A stretch of DNA of 63,357 bases, counting the filler, from Octopus bimaculoides (taxonomy: Eukaryota): NCBI RefSeq assembly GCF_001194135.2. It is 9 parts of 9 records of this genome, joined end to end, with 100 filler letters (N's around TTAATTAATTAA, not from the genome) between each part and the next. Parts side by side here need not be neighbours in the genome. Positions count along the whole stretch, not along the records: positions 47,742 to 55,150 come from NC_069010.1; positions 55,251 to 58,157 come from NC_068982.1; positions 58,258 to 60,856 come from NC_069006.1; positions 60,957 to 63,357 come from NW_026351113.1; 5 more parts are not named here. One strand, written 5' to 3'. The notes under the pieces were generated by a model that was given only the letters and a program-made list of their open reading frames with translations, was not told the origin of the DNA and ran no database searches. The position numbers and the translations under genes were made by a program. Of this stretch, positions 51,560-63,357 are shown piece by piece. Position 1 is the stretch's first letter, and every line of letters begins with the position of its first letter.

Positions 51560-52500
51560 TTCCAACAGAGACTGTAATTTTCAGGAAAAGAATTCAGAAT
51601 GTTTTTTTTTTTACTACAGCAAAGGAAGAGAGGTTAGTCGATGTTTGGTTCTTAGGTTTCCAAAAATCGTTTCACTCTAACATTGGGAGACAATTGTTCG
51701 GAGAAATGCAAGTTAAAGCCTTTGTCATGTAGCAAATCCGAAAACACTTAACAACATCTCGGAGGCATCACTCCTAGATATATGGATGTCAAACACCAAG
51801 GCTTGGATGACTATAGAAATACTGTAAAGAGAAGCAAATTCCATACTCGGTCCTTTTTATTTTAGACACCGATCACGGCCTCTCGCAAAACTTTGTTGAC
51901 GCTCATCTTAATATCCCCCACTAATCTCATCACTTATTTCAACCCATGGACCAGACTATCATTTCTAACTCCAAGCATTACTAGCAAAGGTGTGTACGCA
52001 GACAAGATGGAGAAACCACAGAAGTGGAGGAAAAAAACACCGCACCCCGTGATTGTTTCGGAAGATACACGATATTTGCCTGGCCAGTCTTAATATCAAC
52101 TCGGCATGGAAGAATGTATCAGAAACGTATATGGATTCCATTTGAAAGAAACTGTGTCCAATAAATGTGTTAAAGATTTCAAGGGATTCGACATCTCTGA
52201 AGAAAGAACTGAACATGGATTTGGAGTGGAGCGGATATCGACGCATTAACTGATGCTGACTGGCAACGGCTCACAGATGAAAAGTTGAAGCTTCGTGAAC
52301 AGCTGCAAGAAAAGGGGGCTCAACAACGGGAACCAAAATAAAGACACTTCATGAGCAAATTGCAGGAAGCTTTTGCGAATGTGGAAAAATGGCTGGCCCT
52401 TTTCGAGGAAAAAGAATCTAATTTTGAGAGCTTCACTAAAATTATGGTAGAGAAAGTGCTGTTCACGAAGCTTGTGTTCTTTATTGGATTATACTGAATG
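51560..52500 (+). mobile_element. Degenerate pogo/Tigger-type DDE transposase relic
   Basis: Fragments NPKTLNNISEASLLDIWMSNTKAWMT, LFQPMDQTIISN and KLQEAFANVEKWLALFEEKESNFESFTKI resemble Tigger NPRAL..W..N.KAWMT, LQPMDQGVI and the C-terminal ERYTKV segments. Many stops and frameshifts. Confidence 0.75.
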
Positions 52501-52854
52501 GCAGAAACAGTAAGAAAGACAAGTAAGACAAGTTTTTAGTGCACGTTGGAAGTCTGGTGACAAACTTTGAAGTAATGCAGTAAGCCACGCTTCTTCTTCA
52601 ACCTTCACATCTAAATCAGTCAAACAGCTCGACCTCACCAATCTGGTAAATGCCTGTTTTGTCTTTTTAAATGTTTAAAGCATAGTATTTTGTAGTAGCC
52701 ACAAGTTTTTCTCTTTTTTTTTAACGAATCTTAAATGAATTTTAAAATATTTTATTCGTGATACGTCGATCTTCGAGTTAGTTCGAATGTCTTAGAATCA
52801 ATCACCGACGTTAGTAGAGGTATCCGTGCGCAAGCGAAGGCTGCAGTTCTTTAG

Positions 52855-53523
52855 CTCGGGTCACCAATTGTAGCGGGTTGGATGAAAAATGTGATATCAG
52901 GTCGATATGTGGTGTAGCCCACTGCTAAATGTAGCGTGTAGATGTAATGCTTCAAGGTCCTCGCGTCGGAGTAACCAGTAAACATCGAAGAATCAACGCC
53001 CAGAAAGAAGAAATATTATTTGCATATGTTTATTCGTTTGCCCGACAGGTTGTTAAAGAGACAGTAGCAATATTCTAGTGATAGTGACAACAAAGACATT
53101 ATATTCCGATTAATTGTAATCTACATCACCTGAAAGGCTACACCACCGGTTTTCGCCATAACAAAAGCCCGAGAGCGAAAGAGCAAGGAACGCACGGTGC
53201 TGACTAGAAAGGATAGAGGTGGCATCGTCTTTCTTGCGGTTCTTGGTCATGACTGACGCAAAAGAGGGTGTTGCTCCTTGGTCATAATTGACACATAAGA
53301 GGAAGAGATCGGAAATTTTCTCTTTTATATAGCCTATAGTCAGTAATGTAGATCAAACCTTAAACAAAGGAGTGACCTTTCCTTGACCAGCACAGGTCCT
53401 AGGGAGTCGAGTGTTTCCTCATCAATCATCTGGTGTGGGGAGGATCTTCCGCTTGTTGCTTGTCAAAACGAGCGGGAAATCCTCGGTTTTAAATCTCAGG
53501 CAGGGTCAAGCTAGATCCCTACA
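52855..53523 (-). mobile_element. LTR retrotransposon 5' LTR (52869-53523) plus primer-binding site
   Basis: Minus strand TGTAGGG...CCCGCTACA termini, internal TATATAAAA (53331-53323) and AATAAA (53034-53029), then a 2-nt spacer AT and TGGTGACCCGAG (52866-52855). Confidence 0.7.
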
Positions 53524-54100
53524 AATACTTCCCGACCATATCGTTGCGGGTTCAGTTCCACTGTGTGGAACCTTGGGTAAATGTCTTGTACTTTAGCCGT
53601 GGGTCGACCAAAAGCCTTGTGAATGGATTTGGTAGACGGAAACTGAAAGAAGCCCGTTGTGTATAGCTATGTGGGCATAGCTTCCTTTATGGTCTCGAGA
53701 TTTCCAGCTGGTTGTTCGGCAATTTCAGTAAAGAATTTGTTTTATTTATTTACTAATTTTGCCCCTGTTTTGTGTGTGTGTGTCTTTGTATTTCTCACCA
53801 CCACCGNNNNNNNNNNNNNNNNNNNNNNNNNNNNNNNNNNNNNNNNNNNNNNNNNNNNNNNNNNNNNNNNNNNNNNNNNNNNNNNNNNNNNNNNNNNNNN
53901 NNNNNNNNNNNNNNNNNNNNNNNNNNNNNNNNNNNNNNNNNNNNNNNNNNNNNNNNNNNNNNNNNNNNNNNNNNNNNNNNNNNNNNNNNNNNNNNNNNNN
54001 NNNNNNNNNNNNNNNNNNNNNNNNNNNNNNNNNNNNNNNNNNNNNNNNNNNNNNNNNNNNNNNNNNNNNNNNNNNNNNNNNNNNNNNNNNNNNNNNNNNN

Positions 54101-54134
<34 letters not shown>

Positions 54135-54511
54135 GTCGTGTGGGAGTTTAGTCGCCTACATCAATGGGTGGGCTTCAGGTATCCCTGGTATCACAATGGA
54201 AGAGATTGAAACACCTACAAAGCTGCTTCACTGTCTGTTAAAGATATCGACTTCTGCATTCAGAGACAATACAACACACACACACATGAATATAATACAA
54301 ATTCTTGTTTTCCGTTTTATTTCTATCTCGCAGCCAACAAACATTGCTTTTGGAAGCCCCGGTGCTTCTTGACGAAAGCCATTTCAGCTGTGGTCACTTC
54401 ATGTTTATAGAAGTATGTAGTATTAAACATGTCTTTGTTTTATTAACGATTTCAGGCAGATTTGATTGCTATTTCTTGTACCTTGGGCAGCGTTTGGTAT
54501 AATGATTAATT

Positions 54512-55080
54512 GTTTAACTTCTTGCATAGCTCGAGCCCAAAGCAACATAATATCTCCTCCACTATTTAAGTATTACGTGTCAAAAGTGAAACAAAAACAC
54601 TCATGTCAAATACTTTCACTTTAAAAATGAAACTATTCCACTAACTGAAACAATCACATTTCGATACTGTAATGACAGATACTTTCACTTTAATGTTTTC
54701 AGAGAGAGAGAGATGTATACATATACATATAGATGTATATATACACGTATATGTATAGATATATAGAGAGATAACTGTACATGTAATATGTACACATATA
54801 TACATGCATACAGATATCTTTACATATATACACTCACACATACACACAAACGCACACATTAGTCATTTGTTTTTTTATCCAAAATTACGTAAAAAGTACT
54901 GAATGGATCTTTATGAAATTTGGAAATTATATTCTATGCATAACGGCCATAACCCCCATGAAAATTCATATATTTTTGATGTTGATGAAATTTTAACCAT
55001 ACAGATTACACACAAATAAAGTAATATTTCTAAAATTTCTTCTTAGAAGTTACAAAGACCCCTTCATAGGGACTTCACAC
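54512..55080. mobile_element. Second copy of the 38575-39110 repeat
   Basis: TTTAACTTCTTGCATAG...TTAGAAGTTACA is shared with the first copy. Confidence 0.75.
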
Positions 55081-56245
55081 CCACAATTTAGTCATTTTTC
55101 CTAAGCAAAGACGAATACAGTTGTACTATTGGAACCTATAGGGTCACCCGNNNNNNNNNNNNNNNNNNNNNNNNNNNNNNNNNNNNNNNNNNNNTTAATT
55201 AATTAANNNNNNNNNNNNNNNNNNNNNNNNNNNNNNNNNNNNNNNNNNNNTATATATATATGAAGTGTTTTTAGAAAAACACTTCATTTCACGTTGTTGG
55301 AATCCACTTAGCTGGCAAAAAAGTATTGATCTTGAGACAGACCGGCGTGCCATCCAGTGGTCAGGGCATATAAGTGTCGCGGAAACCGGGAAATCGGCGC
55401 TATCCGTTTATATGGCAGTGAATGGTTCTTTATCTTTTTACAAATGTATATAAAAAACATTAATAGACATACGAATATATACATACATACATACATACAT
55501 ACATACATACATACATACATACATACATAAAAATGAGAGAGAAAGGAAACGGAATTCGTGAGACTCTTTATTTAGAACCACTTCGATCGTGTCAGTCCAT
55601 CACGCACCGGTACCTCACAGATGAGATGCAGTACAAACGATTGCCATGCATTTTTATTTGCCATTTCGCTTATTTTGCATAACAATACTTTTTGATAAAT
55701 GTAGCGTAGTTCCATAAGGAACTGGTATATTATGAAGAATTCTTCTCATATAAGCAATAAATTAAAGTATACAGGGACACCAAATTGAAAATTTGCATTG
55801 GGCTCCATCATTTGAATGTAAATATCATAGATTACGTAGGCCGTATAACATTTTTTTCTGAAGTGTCTTTCTTATCCAACCCAAAATTAAATTTTATATG
55901 CCTCCTATCATTGCGAATGACAGATACTGGAAAATATATACTTATTAGAAAATTAATATGTTCAGTGTAATTAAATAAATTTGTATAAAATTTTATAAAG
56001 AATCTAGACATTATTCAAGAAAAGGTAGGAACTGTCTTCTGGGTGGCTGGGATAAAAGAAATCTGAGTGAATCAGCACTTATGGACAAACTGAATGTTGT
56101 CAGGTTTTTAAAGTGATTTATCAGGGATCTAGAGATCCCCATGCGCGTACATTTACTTCAGGTATAGACCAATATTGAGATACAGAGATATACACATGAA
56201 TACGCACACAAACACGCAATCACGCACGCACATGCGGGCACATGC

Positions 56246-56292
<47 letters not shown>

Positions 56293-58082
56293 ATCCTTTC
56301 TATTACAGGCACAAGGGCAGAAGGATGGAAGGGAGGATCGGTCCCGGCAGAATTTGAACTCAGAACGTGATAACGATTGTGCTTGCCTTAGACATATATA
56401 CATGATATATGTATATATGTGTATATCTATAAGTGTGTGTGGTCACATATTAAGTTCTATAACTCTTTGGCTCAGAAAATAGACACACACACACACACAC
56501 AGATATGAAGAGAGAGAGAGAGAGAAAGAGAGAGGTGGGGAGATGTTAAAAATGTAGCACGAGGACGAAAAGATAAGGGAAAGCTGGGAACAAGCACACA
56601 CAATGGAAGTGGACATGCTCAGCCGCTCGTCAGTTATCGACCAAATAACATCCCGATTTCGTGAGGTTTAAAAATTTACTTTAGAACAAGACTGAAATAT
56701 TCTTTTACCTAGGAAGCAAACTGAAGAGTTTTACTTGCTAAAATTCTTAATTAAATCCATCTCACACGATACCCTGTCATTTTCAAAACAAAGAAAAGAC
56801 ATTTCGATAATGGATTCCTTGATATAACATGCGTGGAAAACAAAATACTCTTAGCAATATAGGTTTACACGATGAACTAATTGTAAAACTTTAACAAGAA
56901 CAGCAACATTTATTCAGTTGCTATTTTAGTAATTATATAAAGGTGTATGTGCGTGGGTGCACAAGTATTTTAGTGTCTTTTGAGAATTGGTGTGAGAAAA
57001 TTTTTAGCGCATCGACAAATTTATCTTAGATCGTCAGGCAAATCAAAGCACCGCGTACTATAGTGTTTATCTATTGACAGTAAGCCACAGCATACATAGA
57101 TCGTACATAGTTGAACTCAGAACGAAAAAACGGACGAAAAAGACAAAACAAATAGCAATAACAATAAGCCTATGTGCTTGCCTTGCGACAGTTTGTAGCC
57201 ATTAATATTATTTGTTTTTGTGCCATCTCTGAAAATTCACAAAAGTAAAATAGTATCTGTTCTGGCATTTTACGCCATGAATTCAAAACTCGCTGAGGTC
57301 ATCTATGCATTTTAGTCTTTCACCGTCGATAACAAAAATTGGGATCAGATTAATCGACAGATAATCAGTGCCAAAATCCCATACGTAGGTATGTTAGAGT
57401 TGAGACCAAATTCACTTTCGACCACAACACTTCGACGATTGGTGAAGTGACATACGGCATGCATTACACTGCCGTTGCTCACTGAAGGGTATTTATTTGT
57501 AACACCTTATATTACTATCATTACAACACAACACATAGAAAGACACACACCTTATCGTTCACACTTATATGTACACATGTTATTACTCGAGCAGCAGACG
57601 TAATTAAAAGGGATAAAGTAAAAGAAAAATAAGTATTTCTGTTTCTTCCTATTTTTGCTTGAGTATGAATTTCATCTAGTGAAGGCGCATGCCTTGCTGA
57701 TTAGGGTGACGCACACCCAATTGCAAGATCGTGTTTTCAATTTCTGGACCAGGCGTTGCATTGTGTTTTGGAGCAAAAGAATTCTTATCGCATGGTTACT
57801 AATTTGAGAAACGGTTTAGGTTTCTTCGGGACCTGTAACTTAGCGAGTCAGGGAAAGAAACCGATACAATAAGTAACAGGCTTTAAAAAATTATTATTAG
57901 TGTCAATTACTTCGAACAAAGACCCTTCGAGGCACTGTCCCAGCATGACTGCAGTTTGAGGAGTGACCAATGAGTTAGTAAAGCATGAAAATCCTGCGAC
58001 AGAACGGGGTCCTACTCTGAATACGAGAAACTGAACTTATGAAACTATGACTCGTATAGAAACTTTCACACATAAATGCATA

Positions 58083-58157
<75 letters not shown>

Positions 58158-58257
58158 NNNNNNNNNNNNNNNNNNNNNNNNNNNNNNNNNNNNNNNNNNN
58201 NTTAATTAATTAANNNNNNNNNNNNNNNNNNNNNNNNNNNNNNNNNNNNNNNNNNNN

Positions 58258-58614
58258 CATGATGGTAGAGGACTGGTGCAGGATGGTAGAGGACTGGTGC
58301 AGGATGGTAGAGCATTGGTGCAGGATGGTAGATGACTAATGCATGATGGTAGAGGACTGGTGCAGGATGGTAGAGGACTGGTGCAGGATGGTAGAGCATT
58401 GGTGCATGATGGTAGAGGATTGGTGCAGGATGGTAGAGGATTGGTGCAGGATGGTAGATGACTAATGCATGATGGTAGAGGATTGGTGCAGGATGGTAGA
58501 TGATTGGTGCACGATGGTAGAGGATTGGTGCATGATGGTAGATGACTAATGCATGATGGTAGAGGATTGGTGCATGATGGTAGAGGATTGGTGCAGGATG
58601 GTAGAGGATTGGTA
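58258..58614. repeat. 21-bp minisatellite, about 17 copies
   Basis: Unit CAGGATGGTAGAGGACTGGTG with recurring variants. It explains the HHAPILY/CTNPLPS pseudo-ORFs. Confidence 0.95.
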
Positions 58615-58898
58615 TATGACATGATGTATGATATAGATGGAAACAGCGATAAATGAGAAAGGAAATAAATGTGTAGAAAGGAAAGAGAGAGAGAGAGAAG
58701 GGAAGAAAAATAAAGAAAACCAAAAGAAAAGAAAAAAAGAGAAAAAACAAAACAAAACTATAAAAGAAAATCTTTCTCTCCAACATAGGCACAAGACATG
58801 GTTGAGTGGTTAAGAAGCTTACTTTATAACTACGTGGTTTCAGGTTCAGTCCCACTACATGGCATCTTGAGGTAAATATCTTCCACTAGAGCCCTGGG

Positions 58899-59037
58899 CG
58901 ATTGCGCTGGTATGGACATGTGGTGAGAATGGATGAGGATAGCTGCGTGAAAAAGTGCCACACCCTAACAGTTGAGGGAACCCGTGGAAGAGGTAGGCCC
59001 AGGAAGACCTGGGCTGAGGTGGTGAGGCAAGACCTTC
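58899..59037 (+). mobile_element. 5'-truncated RTE copy inserted into a SINE (runs into a gap)
   Basis: Identical by eye to 45967-46105 and directly abutting a SINE body at about 58795-58898. Confidence 0.85.
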
Positions 59038-59989
59038 NNNNNNNNNNNNNNNNNNNNNNNNNNNNNNNNNNNNNNNNNNNNNNNNNNNNNNNNNNNNNNN
59101 NNNNNNNNNNNNNNNNNNNNNNNNNNNNNNNNNNNNNNNNNNNNNNNNNNNNNNNNNNNNNNNNNNNNNNNNNNNNNNNNNNNNNNNNNNNNNNNNNNNN
59201 NNNNNNNNNNNNNNNNNNNNNNNNNNNNNNNNNNNNNNNNNNNNNNNNNNNNNNNNNNNNNNNNNNNNNNNNNNNNNNNNNNNNNNNNNNNNNNNNNNNN
59301 NNNNNNNNNNNNNNNNNNNNNNNNNNNNNNNNNNNNNNNNNNNNNNNNNNNNNNNNNNNNNNNNNNNNNNNNNNNNNNNNNNNNNNNNNNNNNNNNNNNN
59401 NNNNNNNNNNNNNNNNNNNNNNNNNNNNNNNNNNNNNNNNNNNNNNNNNNNNNNNNNNNNNNNNNNNNNNNNNNNNNNNNNNNNNNNNNNNNNNNNNNNN
59501 NNNNNNNNNNNNNNNNNNNNNNNNNNNNNNNNNNNNNNNNNNNNNNNNNNNNNNNNNNNNNNNNNNNNNNNNNNNNNNNNNNNNNNNNNNNNNNNNNNNN
59601 NNNNNNNNNNNNNNNNNNNNNNNNNNNNNNNNNNNNNNNNNNNNNNNNNNNNNNNNNNNNNNNNNNNNNNNNNNNNNNNNNNNNNNNNNNNNNNNNNNNN
59701 NNNNNNNNNNNNNNNNNNNNNNNNNNNNNNNNNNNNNNNNNNNNNNNNNNNNNNNNNNNNNNNNNNNNNNNNNNNNNNNNNNNNNNNNNNNNNNNNNNNN
59801 NNNNNNNNNNNNNNNNNNNNNNNNNNNNNNNNNNNNNNNNNNNNNNNNNNNNNNNNNNNNNNNNNNNNNNNNNNNNNNNNNNNNNNNNNNNNNNNNNNNN
59901 NNNNNNNNNNNNNNNNNNNNNNNNNNNNNNNNNNNNNNNNNNNNNNNNNNNNNNNNNNNNNNNNNNNNNNNNNNNNNNNNNNNNNNNNN

Positions 59990-60020
<31 letters not shown>

Positions 60021-61376
60021 TATAAGAGGAAAATGGAGAGTTTTAACTAATAAAATTCAATTTATTAACATATTCTCAAAACTCTATGTTACCTACAATT
60101 GTTCCTATGCTCAACTCATTCAATTACAAATTGATAAATTACAAATTGCATCTAGAAATAACGAGTTAAGTATTTCCTCTGGGTGAGAATTAAACACAAA
60201 AAGGAATCAGATCAGAAGCGATTGGGTGATCATCCACAGACACAGCACGCCAGTAATGTGTGTTCGTGTGGATTTGTTTCAGTCATTTGACTGCGGCCAT
60301 GCTGGAGCACTGCCTTTAGTCAAACAAATTAACCACAGGACTTAATCTTTGTAAGCCTAGTACTTATTCTATCGGTTTCTTTTGCTGAACCGCTANNNNN
60401 NNNNNGCAGTTTGCAATGTTTCACCAAAAAGGAGAATTAAGATTGTCCCTAAATGTGACTAGGGTGTTAAAAAATACCTACATTGCTAGAAATAGGTACT
60501 TTTTGGATGATTAAGGTCCCTGTTAGTGTATGTGTTTACATTTTTGTGCCTTGACTACAGCATTAGCTCTTATTTCTAGCAATGTAGGTGTTTCCAACAT
60601 CCTAGTCACATTAGTGATAAATATTATTATTGGCACTTGTGCTGGTGGCACGTAAAAGCACCCACTACACTCTCGGAGTGGTTGGCGTTAGGAAAGGCAT
60701 CCAGCTGTAGAAACTCTGCCATATCAGATTGGAGCCTGGTGCAGCCATCTGGTTCGCCAGTCCTCAGTCATATCATCCAACTCATGCCAGCATGGAAAGC
60801 GGACGTTAAATAATGATGATGGCGATGATTATATATATATATATATATATATATATNNNNNNNNNNNNNNNNNNNNNNNNNNNNNNNNNNNNNNNNNNNN
60901 TTAATTAATTAANNNNNNNNNNNNNNNNNNNNNNNNNNNNNNNNNNNNNNNNNNNNCGTGAAAAGCGATTACACACACACCTCTGTTTTATATATAGTAT
61001 AGATAATCATAGTCATGGCAGACGATTACACTCTCGGAGTGGTTGGCATTAGGAAGGGTATCCAGCTGTAGAAACTCTGCCAGATCAGATTGGAGCCTGG
61101 TGCAGCCATCTGGCTCGCCAGTCCCCAGTCAAACCGTCCAACCCATGCCAGCATGGAAAGCAAACGTTAAACGATGATGATGATTTACTGTGTTTTTGTT
61201 ATGCATGTGATCCCCTGGTCTGTGGAAAAATTGTATTGTATGAAACCAGTCATTGCATGAAATGCCAGTAAACATTTTGCTTACCATTCTGCTTGGTTGC
61301 CACCTTGCTGTAAGTAAATATTAACAAACCGTTGTTGAGTAACTTAAATTTTTCTGATTTCTTTCTCTATTTGCAG

Positions 61377-61483
61377 GACATCTTTGTGACTCTGTCACAA
61401 CTGGACAGCAATCTATATTTCATGTGTAATATTGACGACTTTAAATTTCTGGCCGACATGATAGAACATGTCCCTTTGTCGCT
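61377..61483 (+). CDS. Probable internal exon of an unidentified gene (runs into a gap)
   Basis: Strong pyrimidine tract and acceptor (tttctgatttctttctctatttgcAG), then an open, protein-like frame [35 protein letters not shown]. No family recognised; the 3' end is hidden in Ns. Confidence 0.55.
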
Positions 61484-62388
61484 NNNNNNNNNNNNNNNNN
61501 NNNNNNNNNNNNNNNNNNNNNNNNNNNNNNNNNNNNNNNNNNNNNNNNNNNNNNNNNNNNNNNNNNNNNNNNNNNNNNNNNNNNNNNNNNNNNNNNNNNN
61601 NNNNNNNNNNNNNNNNNNNNNNNNNNNNNNNNNNNNNNNNNNNNNNNNNNNNNNNNNNNNNNNNNNNNNNNNNNNNNNNNNNNNNNNNNNNNNNNNNNNN
61701 NNNNNNNNNNNNNNNNNNNNNNNNNNNNNNNNNNNNNNNNNNNNNNNNNNNNNNNNNNNNNNNNNNNNNNNNNNNNNNNNNNNNNNNNNNNNNNNNNNNN
61801 NNNNNNNNNNNNNNNNNNNNNNNNNNNNNNNNNNNNNNNNNNNNNNNNNNNNNNNNNNNNNNNNNNNNNNNNNNNNNNNNNNNNNNNNNNNNNNNNNNNN
61901 NNNNNNNNNNNNNNNNNNNNNNNNNNNNNNNNNNNNNNNNNNNNNNNNNNNNNNNNNNNNNNNNNNNNNNNNNNNNNNNNNNNNNNNNNNNNNNNNNNNN
62001 NNNNNNNNNNNNNNNNNNNNNNNNNNNNNNNNNNNNNNNNNNNNNNNNNNNNNNNNNNNNNNNNNNNNNNNNNNNNNNNNNNNNNNNNNNNNNNNNNNNN
62101 NNNNNNNNNNNNNNNNNNNNNNNNNNNNNNNNNNNNNNNNNNNNNNNNNNNNNNNNNNNNNNNNNNNNNNNNNNNNNNNNNNNNNNNNNNNNNNNNNNNN
62201 NNNNNNNNNNNNNNNNNNNNNNNNNNNNNNNNNNNNNNNNNNNNNNNNNNNNNNNNNNNNNNNNNNNNNNNNNNNNNNNNNNNNNNNNNNNNNNNNNNNN
62301 NNNNNNNNNNNNNNNNNNNNNNNNNNNGGGACATCAAAAAAAAAAAAAATATATATATATAAAATTTCAGATTCAAAATTTTCCCAAG

Positions 62389-62432
62389 ACACCTGATGAA
62401 GTCTGGAGGGTATATCAGTCAAAACGTTGTGT
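62389..62432 (+). other. Degenerate minimal hammerhead motif of a Penelope-type 3' repeat
   Basis: ACAC-CTGATGA-A-GTCTG-loop-CAGTC-AAAA-CGT-T-GTGT. Stem I ACAC/GTGT and palindromic ACGT stem III are present, but GAAA has mutated to AAAA. Confidence 0.5.
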
Positions 62433-63109
62433 AAATAAACAAGATGAGGACAAATATCCGTCAAATGTAAATAATGTAAATAATGTAAATAATTCCTCAT
62501 CTCTTAAATATAGTACTGTATTATTCAATAGAGTAATCTGAATGCTAAAGAGCTAAATGAAAAACAAAACAGACTTATTATTTAAACTAGCCATATCTGG
62601 CCCGTATATTCTACTTACTGCATGTTTAAACCAGCCAGATCTGGCCTCTCACACCTAACTCACAATATCATTCTAAAAATAAACAGTCACATCATCAAAA
62701 TCTTAAGTTATGATATAATCCACAGTTAATTTCAAATAATGTAAATACCCACTGACTGGCCCCTGTGCCGGTGGCACGTAAAAAGCACCATCCGAACGTA
62801 GCCGATGCCAGTACCCACTGACTGGCCCCTGTGCCAGTGGCACGTAAAAAGCACCCACTACACTCTTGGAGTGGTTGGTGTTAGGAAGGGCATCCAGCTG
62901 TAGAAACATTGCCAGATCAGATTGGAGCCTGGTGCAGCCTACTGGCTTGCCAGACCCCAGTCAAATCGTCCAACCCATGCCAGCATGGAATGCGGACGTT
63001 AAACGATGATGATGATGATGATGTTGATGAAATAAGCTTTCCATTTGACAGGTTAATCCGAATGCTGAAGGATTAATAAATCTTGCTGAATATTTTTTTT
63101 TTACTTTTA

Positions 63110-63357
63110 ATTTTAATTAATTAATTTAATTAATTAATTAATTTACTTATTTAATTAATTTATTTATTTAATTTTAATTTATTTATTTAATTAATTAATT
63201 AATTAATTTATTTATTTATTTATTAGTTAATTTATTTACTTATTTAATTAATTAATTTATTTAATTAATTAATTTATTTAATTTTAATTTATTTATTTAT
63301 TAATTAATTAATTTATTTATTTATTTATTTAATTTATTTATTTATTAATTAATTAAT
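63110..63357. repeat. A/T-only low-complexity repeat (TTAA/TTTA)
   Basis: Direct reading to the end of the window. Confidence 0.9.

Noticed and set aside
53131-53250. MTKNRKK... or MPPLSFL... as the first oxygenase exon
   Set aside because: No similarity to the family N-terminus, and the segment lies inside the LTR-like element.

Overview
Repeat-rich, AT-rich, gapped animal genomic DNA. It is most consistent with an octopus assembly (inference from an octopus-style tandem C2H2 gene, RTE/SINE tails ending in (GAT)n, dense microsatellites and N-gaps holding a TTAATTAATTAA spacer). Host genes: (1) six spliced minus-strand exons (34167 to 23930) of a carotenoid oxygenase (BCO1/BCO2/RPE65/NinaB family), with the first and last exons not visible; (2) a single-exon 21-finger C2H2 zinc-finger gene (43250-45091, minus) followed by decayed fingers; (3) one probable plus-strand exon of an unidentified gene at 61377. 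The rest is mobile DNA: RTE LINE fragments and many RTE 3' tails, tRNA-derived SINEs, a head-to-head Penelope-like element with a hammerhead-like motif, mariner, pogo/Tigger, hAT and piggyBac-type derivatives, a 5' LTR with a tRNA-Trp-like PBS, and several foldback elements. The most unusual is a young 243-bp CpG-rich foldback element with 88-bp TIRs ending in inward-facing telomeric (TTAGGG)n repeats and a 9-bp TSD. All assignments were made by eye; no database searches were run.
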